DNA of 64,000 nt from Octopus vulgaris (GCA_951406725.2 OX597822.1:75268001-75332000), one strand, 5' to 3'. Shown: positions 44,826-60,613, counted from the stretch's first letter. Translations and numbers: made by a program. The notes: generated by a model from the sequence alone, not told the origin.

Positions 44826-45641
44826 CAAGGAACTCCTGACCCGCCTGTTCAGGACAACTTTCGGGCCGGGACCTATGACAATCACTAGAGATTCCTGGCC
44901 TGGTAATACTATCGAGAATTATTGCCCGTTCGGGATGAGCTCTACAGGCACGGTTCGAGACACACCGGACCGACTTGACGGAGATGCTGTCAGAGCAACG
45001 AAGCCGTTCTGCAGTGTTCAACCATTTCGGACCTGTGGGCTTATGCCGAATGGCTGCTGTCACGTGTGGGATGATTTCGCTTGTCGGCCGTGTCTATCGT
45101 GAAAATTGCTTCGCCACCAGGGAAGACAATGCAGTGTCCATCGTACTGGTGGCCACGGTGAAAGAATGTGTGTGTGATGACTCGAGCGAAAGGTTTAAAG
45201 ACAAACAGTTTCCTCTCTGATCATTCGCTCATCAACTTTTTCAAGTACTACTTGAAAAGGAAGGTGAGAATGGAGAAGCAGGTTTTGTCTCGTGAAAGAT
45301 TCAATAAAAGGTGGGTGAATGTAACAAAGATGGTACGCGCGAATGACGAAACCACTTTGAGCATGATCCTGTAAATCGTAAAAAGCGAGTGAGAGAGAAA
45401 GAGAGCACTTTGCTCTCATGTGTTTATTCCCTCCCTGCCTGAGGTTACTGTGGTCATTTCCGTAAGCTTTTCTTTCCACGGATAAACCTAATATGCTTTT
45501 TGTTTTTCATTTATATTTTCTGCGATACACGATCCCTTTTGATCGGAAATTTATTTTTTCCTCCTTTTTTGTCTATTTTCTAAAAGCTCTACATTGTATT
45601 TTGTCCCCTCTGTGTTCGGCCCTGTGTGGCTAATAAAGAAA
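44826..45641 (+). mobile_element. 3' part of a Tx1/L1-like LINE (zinc-knuckle region + 3' UTR)
   Basis: LPVRDELYRHG..RRCCQSNE..CSTISDLWAYAE (frameshifted); UTR ends gtggctaataaagaaa. Confidence 0.65.
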
Positions 45642-45733
45642 CTTATGTATGTATGCATGTATGTATGCATGTATGTATGTATGTATGTATGTATGTATGT
45701 ATGTATCATCTATCTATCCACCTACCTACCCAC

Positions 45734-45765
<32 letters not shown>

Positions 45766-45864
45766 GCTTACACACACACATATGTATGTATATCAGTCTA
45801 TCTCACTCTCCACCTCTCTCCCCCTCTCTCTCTATAAATAAAAATGTAAAAATTTAGATTCAGA

Positions 45865-46004
45865 TAAATATGGTACTTAAGTTGAGGCATTAGAATTTAG
45901 TATGGTATTATCCATACAATTTCAAAGTAAGGTGATTAAAATCAAAATAAGCAACAAGGATATCCAGAGGTATATCCCCTGGATATCCTTGTTGCTTATT
46001 TTGA
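45865..46004. repeat. Segment ending in a perfect 26-bp-arm hairpin
   Basis: 45942-45967 is the reverse complement of 45979-46004. Confidence 0.85.
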
Positions 46005-46193
46005 AATATATATATATATAGTACAAAGTAAGATATGTATATATATACATATATATATGCGTTTATATACACATATATATACATGTATATATATATATAC
46101 ATACATATATTTATACATATATATATATACATATATATACGTATATATATATATATATACATGCATACATACATACATACATATGTATTTATA

Positions 46194-46271
<78 letters not shown>

Positions 46272-46329
46272 ATATATATACATGGTAGATTTTGTCGCAT
46301 GTTTCTAATCTAGTATCCGATAGTGGCAA

Positions 46330-47110
46330 AAGAGGCGGGGAAGAAAATCCTAATCATCGCCACATTTTGCGTCTTTGTGTCGCTTTGGCAGATCGATTTT
46401 TAGGAAATATTTCGGTCTGAGAGTTTGCTTACTTTTGGATTGTAGTTATTCTGTTTGAATTTCCTCGTACATGATATGGTTTGGCTGTAGATAAAGTTGC
46501 AGTAATTGCTAATTCCTTTGTATAGCTTTTTTTAACAATTATTTTATGGCTTATGCTGGATACAAATGCTGTCCATTTTTCAGTTTTGTTTGATTATTTC
46601 TTTTGTGATTTATATGTTTAGTTTCTGAATATTAATTTTTATATCTGTTGTGTGAGTTTTTGTTAGGTTCCATTTGAGACAGTCTTTAGTTTTTATCAAT
46701 ATATCTATTTCGCTTGTGTAATTTTGTTTATGTTGCCTTATGGTATATAAGTTGTTTTGACGCCTTTAAAATTATTGTTACTGAATGTATTTACTACATT
46801 ATCTATCATGGTGTTTATGGTGTTAAATTCTATAAAACTGTAAATCTGTTTCCTGTTAGAAGAATCTATGGTGGGCTTTGTTGGAATTTGTAAAGTGTTC
46901 TTTATTTTGTTTTCATGATATGTGAGGGTGATATAGTTGGGGGAATTGTTTGCTGTGTGACTGTAGCAATTAAGTATGTGCGGCATAAAGTAATATCTGT
47001 CGAGGACTTATTGTAGTTGGTTTGGCGAAGGAGGGAGTGTCGGTGTGTGATTAAGATTTAAAAGGATTTTAGTGGTAATGCAGCATTCTGTAATGTTATT
47101 TATATTGCGT
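46330..47110 (-). mobile_element. Degraded APE-type LINE fragment (I/Jockey-group-like)
   Basis: LNLNHTPTLP..(fs)SSTDITLC resembles the APE TPT..S.PD.T motif; EKWTAFVSSI resembles the EN-RT linker. Confidence 0.5.
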
Positions 47111-47934
47111 TCAGGCTGATAAAAATCTACAGATTTAAATAAAGCATAAAAAATAAAAATAAAAAATAGATATAGATAAAAAAAATAATAGCATTCAGCT
47201 TTTCCATTTATTATGAAAAAAATCTCGATAAAATGCGATATGGCAATTTTTACTGGAGTTCAGTCACTATGGCAGAAGTAAATGAATAATTCTAATATCA
47301 GTTATGTACAGTCATATTTAGCATGTTCATGCGTGTTCGGACATGGAAAGACAATACACTGCATAAGATGTCTCCAAAGAAGAAATTCTCTTTGTAGATA
47401 ATATAGATGTAAACGTACCACTAGGCCATGAATGACGTCACCAGTCCGTAAGATACGTGCGTATCTGCGTCGTTACCCTTCATTAGCTATGTACAGAGAA
47501 CATCGGTTCTGTATACATAACTAATGGGCGAAAAAAAGCAGGTCGTTCTTATACCAGAATAGCAAATGTTCCAGTAAAAATGAACAGCTCTTACTGGCGT
47601 TATCCAAATGTGCACGAATGTACACGAACGTGTTGAATAAGCCTACACATAACTATGTTCACTCAATGCTGCTTAGTACGCCTTTAATCAAAATAATTCT
47701 AAGTCTGATATAGTTTAGTTCAAACAAATGCGGGATTAATTTTGATTCATTTATTTAAACCAGGTATTAATCCAGATCCATTTAGTTATGCAAATTATGG
47801 ATTATTGTTCATCAATTTTGTAAGTGCAAATCAGGGATTAATGTTGATTTATTTAGTGTAAAATCAAGAATTAATATTTAGAGTGCAAGTGGACATGGTC
47901 TTGGTATTGTAAACCATTAGTTACCAATTAATTA

Positions 47935-48277
47935 CCGTATTTGATGGCCTGTAAGACGCACGAGTGCATAGGACGCACCGTAGCCTAGGCTATACTTTTG
48001 TAAAATAAATTACCACTAAAATAATGTTTCAATTCCTCCACTTACCTGTATAACTTTATATTATTACCAGTAATTATAAACAATTTATTGCATCCACATT
48101 CGATATAAACATACCGTAGGCGATTGTTCAGCAATAGATGTCAGCACACGCTTTTCAAACATACATACCGTTTTGAGCGAGTTTTGAGCCTACATTGAGT
48201 GCATTGGACGCAGGGGTATTTTTAAAGTCATTTTTGAGTAAAAAAAAAAGGTGCGTTTTATAGACCGTCAAATACGG
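47935..48277. mobile_element. Tc2/pogo-type MITE
   Basis: ta-ccgtatttgatggcctgtaagacgcac / gtgcgttttatagaccgtcaaatacgg. Confidence 0.75.
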
Positions 48278-48687
48278 TGTACTATTTTACTTTGATTACT
48301 TCTGCTTACTGATAGCAAAGTAGGACAATTTCAGTCAGGAGCTTATCCAGGGTACGATTGAATGCAAATGATGAGATATGCACTCACGACTCTACAGCTA
48401 AAAAGCTAAACCATTACCTTCTGGGCAAAGTAAACCAGCATTCTAAAACTATGTAACGATTATATAACGATATGAATATTTTCACATTCTAGAGCGAGCA
48501 CGTATACCTACAACTGTACAAATATAATAATGCTTGCACTGGTATACATACACACGCATTAATTTATATGTGTCACCAATTTTCACGAGAGTTTGATGGT
48601 TAGTCTCTACTTATGTCAGCTGTCGGTCCAAATATTGTATCTCCAATACTCCGATCTTGTGTATCCCTGTTATTTAGTTAAATTTAT

Positions 48688-49085
48688 TCTTTTCTGCTGT
48701 AGGCACAAGGCCCGAAATTTTGGGGGAAGGAGCCAGTCGATTAGATCGACCCCAGTACACAACAGGTACTTAATTTATCGACCCTGAAAGGATGAAAGGC
48801 AAAGTCGACCTTGGCGGAATTTGAACTCAGAACGAATAGACAGAAGATATACTTATTTCTTTACTATCCACAAAGGGCTAAACAGAGAGGACAAACAAGG
48901 ACAGAAAAACGGATTAAGTCGATTAGATCGACCCCAGTGCATAACTGGTATTTATTTAATCGACTCCGAAAGGATGAAAGGCAAAGTCGACCTCGGCGGA
49001 ATTTGAACTCATAACGTATAGACAGACGAAATACCGCTAAACATTACATCCGGCGTGCTAACGTGTCTGCTAGCTCGCCGCCTTC
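48688..49085 (-). mobile_element. SINE family A dimer with 16-bp TSD
   Basis: atttagttaaa(t/a)ttat at 48672-48687 and 49086-49101. Confidence 0.9.
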
Positions 49086-49489
49086 ATTTAGTTAAAATTA
49101 TCGGATACTGGAAGACTGAGAGAAATAGAGGGATAAAGTCGGCCGAGTGGATAGGTAACTGATCAATTAGCTGAGATGTCAGCAGTTGGTATTTAGTCAA
49201 CAGCCCTGTGTTGCGTTAAGTCGAGAAACAGTTAAGTATCAATGACTTAAGTCTATCTAATTCTAGGTGGGTACAGCACTTCGGTTGTAGTCAGCGGAAT
49301 CATCGTGAAATTGATGAAGGAGTCGTTGACTTGCTGAGCAGAATTCGATCCCATTATATTTAAAATGACAAAAAAAAAAAGAAGAAAAAAATACGGGCGT
49401 ATGATTAGCGTCTCTTTGAAGCGACGATTTATCTGTCAACCGCTTAAGGAAACGAAATCCTTGTCCATCGAGATAGAATTATACATTGA

Positions 49490-49700
49490 TTTAAAATTTT
49501 AGCAAAAGGTCAGCAAACTTGAGCGAGGAGGTAAGTCGATTACATCTACTCCAAAGATCACGTGGTTCTTATTTTATTAACCCCTAAAGGATGATATGCA
49601 AAGTCAACCTCGGCGGAATTTGAACTCAGAACGTGAAGACGGACGAAATGCCGCCAAGCATTTTACTCGGCGTGCTAACGATTCCTCTTGCACGTCACCG
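49490..49700 (-). mobile_element. Old SINE family A copy
   Basis: Reverse match, diverged. Confidence 0.75.
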
Positions 49701-50843
49701 TGAGACACAATTATCTATTAACGACCATCATTTTTGTGGATTGCTATGAGAAGATTTCGTTACGTCAAGTGCTTTGCTTAAGGATATGAATAAAAATCTT
49801 TTTGTTTAGATAGGATTGCAGAAAGTTTCATATCTGAAAATATTTACGTTCTGCGTAGGTTTTTGATGAGTTTCATATCAGCTCAGCATCTTCACTTACA
49901 TATTTCATTTCCTCTCCTAGAAATAAACAAAACACCAGACGAGGTCTTTATTCCAGCTTGTAGATTTAGCATTTCAAAGATGTCAACGTATTTAATAATT
50001 TGGCGATTTTGGAGATTATTCATAGAGCTATTTGTCATATATATCATAAGAATAACATTCAGATACAATAAAGCATTCAGAAAGTTTCACTGAAAATAAT
50101 ATACAGCTAATATCATTGCATTGAGAATGCTGCAGATATTTATTATCATATCTGGTTCGCTTAAAGGCATCTTCGTTATATTTGCTATTTTATTTCCCCA
50201 ATACCCTTCATCTAAAGTTGAAGGACGTATATACAACCTACTAAGCATGTTGGTTTTTTTTTTCTAAAAGCCATTCGCATAGTTGCTATTTAAGTCGCAT
50301 TAAATATGTGAAAGGTAATGGTTGTTTTTTCCTTACTGTTGATTTGAAGTGAGAGAAGGGAAGCCAGGGCCCATGAACTTAACAGTCTCTTTCAAACTTG
50401 TGAAAGTGACGAGGCCAGTGACTAGCCTGACATCATCAGACTAACGTCGGAAGATATAAAATGTGGAGTGGGGAAGGAACATAATGTCTGGTCCGAATGT
50501 TTCAGCTGAATAACCTCTACAAAATGTATCCTAAGCGAGCGATCGATTGAGGAAGGCACGAGCATGAGTACCGACGTTTCCGGGACGTCATCGGCCAATG
50601 GAGCAGCAACGGGCTGCGAGCTTCCGTAGCGTGACGGCGGATGGAGGCGGCCTCAGGAAGGTAAAACGGAAGAGGAAATGAAAAAATTCGTCGATACGGA
50701 AGCGAGCCGAAGGCGCACTCCCGGCAGCGGCGGTGGCCACAGCTACAACAGTAATGGTAGTGTAAATCTGGGAGGCTTGGTTGGCCTATTATCCAATGAT
50801 ATTGATATACATAGATGTGAATTATACCAACTACATTAAGCAT

Positions 50844-51143
50844 GGTGGAGGCACATGGCCTAGTGGTTAGAGCAGCGGACTCGCGGTCGAGGGATCGCGG
50901 GTTCGAATCTCAGACCGGGCGATGTGTGTGCTTATGAGCGAAACACCTAACCTCCACGCGGAAGGTAATGTCGAATTTCTGCTGACTCTTTCGCCACAAC
51001 TTTCTCTCACTCTTTCCTCCTGCCTCTTGCAGCTCACTTGCGATGGACCGGCGTCCCGTCCAGGTGGGGAACCTAAACGCCAAGGAAACCGGGAAACCGG
51101 CCCATTATGAGTCAGGCATGGCTTGAGAAGGAACAAACAAACG
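50844..51143 (+). mobile_element. SINE family C head with V-domain-like tail and TSD
   Basis: ttaagcat at 50836-50843 and 51144-51151. Confidence 0.88.
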
Positions 51144-51514
51144 TTAAGCATAATCTTTGAGAGTTATGTGCATCTACGAACCAGTGATTTCTGTGCTGTG
51201 TGCATCTTTAAGCATTCGTCTTAGCCCTGATATTATTCTCAATTTTCGATACCTTCCTCAGGAAATTATTTTCCCATCAGCACGAGTGCACAAGTGCAAA
51301 TTTTTTTCTGAATTAAAATTTTTCATTTAACTGCAAACTGTATGTTTAACATATACCCCTAGAAAATTGTTTGAAATTACGTTAGCCACATATCAGCCCA
51401 GTTGACAGTAAGTTACGATATCAAAAACGCATACTATTTCCAGTGATTTGTAGGCAATCAACAAAAAATTATTCCTAAAGGAAAGACCGTTGTATTATTA
51501 AGGACATGCTTAAG

Positions 51515-51830
51515 GTACCGAGCATGTGGAATCGTTAGCATGCCTGATTAAATGCTTTCTCTTTTACTCCTTTACTTGTTTCAGTCATTTGACTGTGGCC
51601 ATGCTGGAGCACCGCCTTTTAGTCGAGCAAATCGACCTCAGGACTTATTCTTTGTAAGCCTAGTACTTATTCTATCAGTCTCTTTTGCCGAACCGCTAAG
51701 TTACGGAGACGTAAACACACTAGCATCGGTTGTCAAGCAATGTTGGGTGAAACACTGGGGTCGATGCAATCCACTACTCCCCTTCCCCCAAAATTTTCAA
51801 GGCCTCGTGCCTAGAGTAGAAATAATCATT
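51515..51830. mobile_element. SINE B 3' half (minus, 51557-51747) between a SINE A head and tail (plus)
   Basis: gaatcgttagcatgcc head; cactggggtcgat...gcctagagtagaa tail. Confidence 0.7.
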
Positions 51831-51881
51831 TGCTATTTAACTATGAAATGGTAAGACATCTACAATGCTGTTAACTTGTTT

Positions 51882-52088
51882 TCGTTACCTCTGCCTTAGC
51901 GAAGGCGGAAGTATTGTTTTCAGTCGTATTTGTTTGTCCATGGACAAGATATGTGAAGAACCACTGGATGGATTCGGATGAAACTTTTAGGGATGTTTGG
52001 CCTCGTGACTGGCACGAGCTGATTAGATTTTGGGATCGATCCGGTACCGGACAAGCATTCAAGATTATTTTTCCAGTTTTTTTTTTTA
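51882..52088 (+). mobile_element. Helentron/DINE-like non-autonomous element, 5' part
   Basis: ttacctctgcc..gaaggcggaagtattgttttc..gtttgtcc..ggatggattcggatgaaacttt architecture. Confidence 0.5.
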
Positions 52089-52114
52089 CTGAATTTTTGT
52101 TATTTATAATTTAA

Positions 52115-52328
52115 GCAAGGCGGCAAGCCGACAGAATCGTTAACACGCGGGACAACAAAGTACTCATCGTCTTCGCATTCTGAGTTCAAATTCCACCGAG
52201 GTCGACTTTGACTTTCATTCCTCCAGAGTCGATAAAAGATGCACCAGTTGAACAACGGGATCAATATAATCGATATACCAGCTCCACCAAAATTGCTGGC
52301 TTTCTGCCAAAAATTTGAGATCAATATT
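52115..52328 (+). mobile_element. SINE family A, old copy
   Basis: aaggcggcaagccgacagaatcgtt...gagttcaaattcc. Confidence 0.8.
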
Positions 52329-52775
52329 TATAATTCAAGAATATACAGGTAAGCATTCTACAATATAGCTAATTCGTTTTCATTACTTACAATTTCAATA
52401 TGTACAAAGAGTTTTATTCAATTTGATGACAACGTATATATATTTTCAGCCCTGAAGGTATGTTACTCAGTCGATAACAAATTGCACGTACCGGGCTTAC
52501 GCTACTTTCAGCAAAATGAGCAACGGATGGCTAGATAAGCCAGCATTTGTGCTGGCGGCGAAGTCACTACTGGGACACTGATAGTTCGTAATATTATTCG
52601 TATTTCGATAATTTCACTTTCTGTCTTCATGCAACTGGTTGTAATGAAGTATTCTTTGTGTTTCAAAGTTTTCTTGTCCTATTATGGTACCGTTTTTTCC
52701 AGTCATTTCTGATTTTTGCAATATCCACACAATCATACATACATACATACATATATACATACATACGTACATACA

Positions 52776-52807
<32 letters not shown>

Positions 52808-52860
52808 AGCATTTATTATTTATACACATATACATATACACATGCATATATATATATACA

Positions 52861-54522
52861 TACTAGCAGAGATACCCGGCGTTGCCCGCGTTACATACAA
52901 TTGAAGAATTAGACTTTTCTGTTATATTTTCTCTAATGAACTGGAATATCTATGTTTCAAATTTCATCAAAATTGCAGATGAAGGTTATTTCCCTCTTTA
53001 CAAACCCCCAAAAGATTGTAATCGTGCCACATATATCCCATATTACTGATTTTTATGCGCATATTCCAAAATTCCAGTTTTATTGAACCTGTTAAAAAGA
53101 TTTTGCTCCTGAAAAATGAAGGTCATAGAGCTCTAAAATTTGAGAGTTAAGGCCCCTGTTGGGGGTGGGCATCTTAATATCAACCACAGAAGTTGAATTG
53201 TTGAGAATCTTTTTTACTTGGGTCTTATATCTATTGTTTGAATTTCTTTGAAATAGGAAATATATGTTCACTGGGTTTGTAAAAGAGAGCAAAGCTACAG
53301 GAAACCAAAAGACGAATGATCACAATAAGCAGTCAGCTACAGTACCCTAGACGTTACCACTCCCAATGTAGGATTCCTCACCATCCAGGTGACAGGCACA
53401 GCAGTAAGATACATTACGAATTTATAGCAATTGGAAGGGCGTGACCCAACTGAAATAAATATTAACAACTGTCTGACGTGTGGGCTAAGGAGAAATGAAA
53501 GTTGGAGTTTGCAAATGACCACTATACTGATATGTAACTGGACAGAATAAATTTACAATCTATAAATGTCTTTGAATAACCAGTCACTCATCTGGGAAGG
53601 CCTTGAAATCAATGTTACCATGTGGGGACTATGTGTGACCGAGTGATAATAAAAAGACTGAAAGGAGGTCTGCAATCAAATAACTTTACACAACACTTTG
53701 CAACTGAATCAGTGCTTCTCATTTACTTGACAATTTATGTAGCACATTGCAGAAATCACAATGTAAGTGTATGTCAAAGCAAACTGTTACATTGTTGTAC
53801 CATTGAATCAGAAATAATGCTCAAATTTTATGCTCGGGTAACCCTACAGCTTCAAAGAGCACAACTGTATTCGTTTTTGCTTTGATAAAATGACAAAATT
53901 GTGGGTGTTAAGTCCCCATGGAGGGGTCTTTATAACTTGTAAGAAGACGAAATTTTATAAATATTACTTCATTTGTGACTAATATCTTTGGTTAAAATTT
54001 CCTCAACAGCAAAAATATATGAATTGTCATGGGGGTTATGGCCCCTATGCATAGAATATAATGTCCAAATTTCATAAAGATCCATTCAGTACTTTTGACC
54101 TAGATTTGGATAAAAAAAGAAATGACTAAAATTTGGGAGTTAAGGCCCCCATTTGGGTGTCTTAGAATCCTCATGTAAAGTGGAAACTTAGAGAATACTT
54201 CTTGATGTGTGTCATTCACCCATGGTTGAAATTTCATCAACATCGAAAATTTATGAATTTCCTTGGGGGTTCTGCCCCCTTTAAGCCATCTGAAATTCAA
54301 ACCAAACATATTGCATTATACCCGCCCTTATGCATTGAATCTAAGTTTCAAATATGATAAGGATCCATTCAGTAATTATGGTCCATGACGTATGAAACAC
54401 ACAGCATTACTCTTCTCCCTAGGCTTGGATTCTGTGTTCTAAATTTCATTATGATCGGTGCAGCAATTTTCGAATGTATAAGTAATACACGAACACATAA
54501 AGACATTGTCTTTGATATAATA
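52861..54522 (+). mobile_element. Helitron-like non-autonomous element
   Basis: Starts actagc..cccggcgttgcccgcg; recurrent aaatttcat and ttaaggcccc motifs; ends aaatttcattatgatcgg...ctttgatata. Confidence 0.5.
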
Positions 54523-54541
54523 AATATGAATGTACACATAT

Positions 54542-54608
<67 letters not shown>

Positions 54609-54719
54609 CGTACGTGCATATACACACACACACACACACAAAAATAAATGTACACACACACATTTATACATATATACACACACAAAAATAAATTGTGCGG
54701 GCTAACGAAAATATGAGAT

Positions 54720-55053
54720 ACTGCTTAGTGGTTTTTTTTATTTTGATAAGCCTGGTACTTATTCTATCAGTTTCTTCTTGTGAAACCAGTAAGTTATGGG
54801 GATGTAAATAAACGAACACCAGTTGTGAGGCAGTGATTTGGGAGAAACACAAAGACACACACACAAACTTACATATATACATACATATATATACGATTGA
54901 TTTCTTTCAGTTTCTGTCTACAAAATCCACTGACAAGGCTTTGGTTGGTCTGAGGCTATAGCAGAGGACACATGCCAAGTCACTACACAATGGGACTGAA
55001 CTGAGGACCATGTGTTTTGGAACAAAGTTTGTTACCACACAGCTACACCTGCA
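54720..55053 (-). mobile_element. SINE family B, diverged
   Basis: Reverse match. Confidence 0.8.
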
Positions 55054-55115
55054 CCTGTGTGTGTGTATGGGTGTATATATGTATGCATGTATATATGTGA
55101 ATATATATGTGTACA

Positions 55116-55163
<48 letters not shown>

Positions 55164-55529
55164 TCTACTCATATACATGTATACATATACATCTTTATGT
55201 ATAGAAATAAATGTATACATATACAGCTATACACACATACACACACACACATACATAGGTGCAGGTGTGGCTGTGTGGTAACAAACTTCGTTCCAAAACA
55301 CATGGTTCTGGGTTTAAATTTAAATTTAAAATAATAAGTGTGAGAAATTGAATATTAATTTGATTGATATGAATTGAAAACCAGTGGTGTAGCATACAAG
55401 ACCATAGCGGATCTTCTGTTAGCAAAATGGATGTCCACTGTTAATGGTTCATCCCTCTTATATAATAGTTTGACTTTAATAGTTTCAGTATTAAAGTGAA
55501 AGTATCTGATATTAGAATAGAGAGATGTT

Positions 55530-55692
55530 TTTGTTTCACTTTTAACACGTAATACTGAAATAGTGGAGAAGATATAATATAGGCAAGAAGTTAGAAGTTT
55601 TCTTTGCCCATGGCACTACATGGACCCTAAGTAAGGCATGTGTAAAATTTGAATGAAATTGGTTGTGTAATTCTCAAGTTTTAGGGATTCAC

Positions 55693-55723
<31 letters not shown>

Positions 55724-56305
55724 CACACACATTCTCAGTTTTATATAAATAGAAGACTAGCATTAAAGACCCGTCGTTGCCGGGTCATAGTGCTAGTGCA
55801 TGTATATATGTGTATATATATATGTGTACATATTACATGTACATCTATGAATATATACATCTACACATAAAATGCAAAATACAAAGTTATATTTTGATAT
55901 CGCTAGTGATAACAATACTCAAAATATATAACAGACTGGAATTGTTAGCTCTTCTTTTTACTCTACATTGTATACTTTATAGACAATAGTCTTTTCTTTA
56001 ATTTAATTTTTTATTATCCATCTGGACTATTCCATTTCTGCACGCTAATTTTATTTTTAATTTAATACCCATTCATGTGAAACCACTTATTCAAGTTCAA
56101 ATCCCTGATGCAATTTTATACCAATTGCTATTTTTACTTATATTATACTCTAGTTTGAATTTAATTATTACTTACTACATATATTTCAATTATTATTATT
56201 ATTATTATTATTGTTAAAGTGAAAGCATCTAACATAAAATAGACAAATATTTTTGTTTCACTTTTTACACGTAATACTGAAATAGTGGAGAAGATATGAT
56301 ATTGC
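55530..56305 (+). mobile_element. Tandem Helitron-like units (junction at ~55754)
   Basis: 3' end aaatttg..(caga)n..ttttatata followed directly by a new actagc..gacccgtcgttgccgggtc start; 50-bp block repeated at 55530 and 56250. Confidence 0.45.
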
Positions 56306-57269
56306 TATGAGAGAGAAAGATAGGGAGAGATATGGAGAGAGATAGGGAGAGAGAGATAGGGAGAGATAGGGAGAGAGAGGGAGAGGGAGAGATAGGGAGA
56401 GGGAGAGATAGGGAGGGGCAAGGAGAGATAGGGAGAGGGAGGGAGAGATAGGGAGAGGGAGAGAGAGGTAGGGAGAGGGAGAGAGAGATAGGGAGAGGGA
56501 GAGAGAGATAGGGAGAGGGAGAGGTAGAGATAGTGGGGGAGAGATGGAAAAGGAGAGAATGTGTGAGGCAGTGAGTGTGAAAGAGAGTGATTGTGAAAGA
56601 GAGTGATATGAATACAAATAAATAAAAAGTGGAGAAAGACTCAAAAGAAGACAGACATATTGAAAAATATATGAAGCAAAAAAGCCCCCCCCCCAAAAAA
56701 AAAACAAGCAAATAAAAACAAACAAATGATGGAAACAAACAAAGAATAAAACAAAGAATGAAATAAAATAAATGAAGGAACAAAATAAATAGATATTAGA
56801 ATTGAGAAAGAGACGCTCTCGGCCGTTTTTGAGATTTTTCAGGAAGATTTATAACTAAGCTACCATTCTAAAAGATGGCGTGAAATAAATAAATATATTA
56901 ACAAATGAAATGCAGGAATAGAAACGAAATGGGGAAAAAGAAAAACAAAACAAAACAAAACAAAAGAAAAACAAAGCAAAACAAAACAAAACAAAACAAA
57001 ACTAAAAGCAACAATAAATAGAGGATAGAAAAAGAGAAATACGAAAAGAGAGAAAGCATAAATGAAATGATAAAAGAAAGAATTGGATGATATATATATA
57101 CACACATATTTATATATACATTTATATGTATGTATATATATATATATCTGTGTGTGTGTATGTATATATATATATATATGTCTCTTTGTATGTATATATA
57201 TACACACATATATATATATGTATATAGGTGTGCGTATGTATATATATATATATATATATGTATGTATGC

Positions 57270-57333
<64 letters not shown>

Positions 57334-57734
57334 GAAGGAAATGAAAGAGTAGAACAGAAGGAGAGAAATATAAATAGAGGGAAAGATTGAAGAAAGAATT
57401 GGAAATGCTTAGAATGAAGCAAGAAAATATACAGGCTTTGTTGAAAAGTATGTGAAAGGAAGTGAGATGAAACAGGAAGCGATGATGAACAAAAAGAAAA
57501 AAAATGAAAAAAAAAAAAGAGATGATCATAGAGAAGGAAAAAAAAAACAACCGAATGAAAACAACTGATGAGAACGAATGAAAGAATAGAATGAAATCAA
57601 ATAAGAAGTGATGGTAGAAAAGGAAATGATAAGAGACACGAAAAAGAATGAGCAAAAACTTAAGAAACGCTATGAAACCGTAGGTATGGGAACAAAAGTA
57701 GAAAAAACACATATATATATATATATCCTTGATG

Positions 57735-58145
57735 CTTTTTTTTATCGTTTCAGTCATTGGTCTGCGACCATGCTGGGGTACCGTCTTGAAGAGTTTTAGT
57801 TGAACAAATCGACCTCAGTAGTACATATTTTTTTCGGAGTTCGCTAACATATTCTATAGTTCTCTTTTTTCGAACCGTTATATGACGGAGACGGGAACGT
57901 AAACAAACGAACACTGGTTGTGAAGCAGTGGTGTATAAAAACCGACAGAAGCACACCCCTTACACACACACACGAAAGATTCATTCACGGTTTTCGTCTA
58001 CCAGATTCACTCACTGGTTATTCGGGGGCTATGGTAGAAAGCACTGTCCCAAGGTGCCGCGCAAGGGAGCTGATCCCACTATGCAAAATACAGTGCTCCA
58101 GCCTGACCGCAGTCCAATGAATGAAACAAGTAAAATATAAAAGAT
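57735..58145 (-). mobile_element. Diverged SINE B (minus) plus a short plus-strand SINE B tail at 58093-58145
   Basis: Family B motifs. Confidence 0.7.
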
Positions 58146-58258
58146 AAAAAGAGGTATATGTGGGTGAGGTGAGGGAAGAAGAAAAACACAAAGAAGGGAC
58201 ATGATGCGAAGAACGAAGAATGATAACGGAGAAAAACCATGAATAAAGAAGCGAAAGA

Positions 58259-58815
58259 ATATTCTTTTCTACTCTAGGTACAAGGCCCGAAAGCAACTGG
58301 TACTTAATTTATCGACCCTAAAAGGTTGAAAAAAAAGTCGACCCCGGCGGAATTTGAACTCAGAACGTAAAGAGAGACGAAATACCGCTAAGCATTTCGC
58401 CCGGCATGCTAACAATTCTGCCAGCGAGCCAGCTTTGATGCATATAGATATTCTTTTCTACTCTAGGCACAAGGCCTAAAATGTTTAGGGGTGTGAGCCA
58501 GTTGATTAGATTGACCCCAGTACACAACTGGTACTTAATTTATCGACTCTGAATGGATGAAAAGCAAAGTCGACCTCGGCAGAATTTTAACTCAGGACGC
58601 AAAGACACGAAATACCGCTGAGCATTTCATCCGGTGTGCTAACGTTTCTTATTTCTTTACTGCCCCCAAGGGGCTACACACAGAGGGGACAAACAAGGAC
58701 AGACAAAGGGATTGTCGATTATATCGACCCTAGTGTGTAACTGGTAGTTATTTAATCGACCCTGAAAGGATCAAAGGCAAAGTCGACCTCGGCGGAATTT
58801 GAACCCAGAACGTAT
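58259..58815 (-). mobile_element. SINE A monomer (58259-58430) and dimer (58448-58815)
   Basis: Reverse matches. Confidence 0.85.
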
Positions 58816-60442
<1,627 letters not shown>

Positions 60443-60613
60443 TTACGAAAACAAACGAGGAGAAAATGAGTGAAATACGTAAACAACAAGAAACAATTGA
60501 AAACATATATAATATATATATTTATATATTTATTTCATAAATATAACGGTGCAGCATTATTGGATATACCAATTTTACATATTAAACACATTCCTGGAAG
60601 CTGGTACGTAAAT

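Noticed and set aside
47433-47440. CRE palindrome TGACGTCA (and YY1-like aagatggcg at ~56872)
   Set aside because: Short motifs are expected by chance in 64 kb, and there is no promoter context.
50350-50800. GC-rich island, possible exon or Tx1 ORF1/ORF2 junction
   Set aside because: No sustained ORF; only a faint GSVNLGGL similarity to an APE start.
52440-52463. Possible 7-nt micro-exon (ttttcag|cctgaag|gtatgt)
   Set aside because: Not frame-preserving, and no flanking gene evidence.
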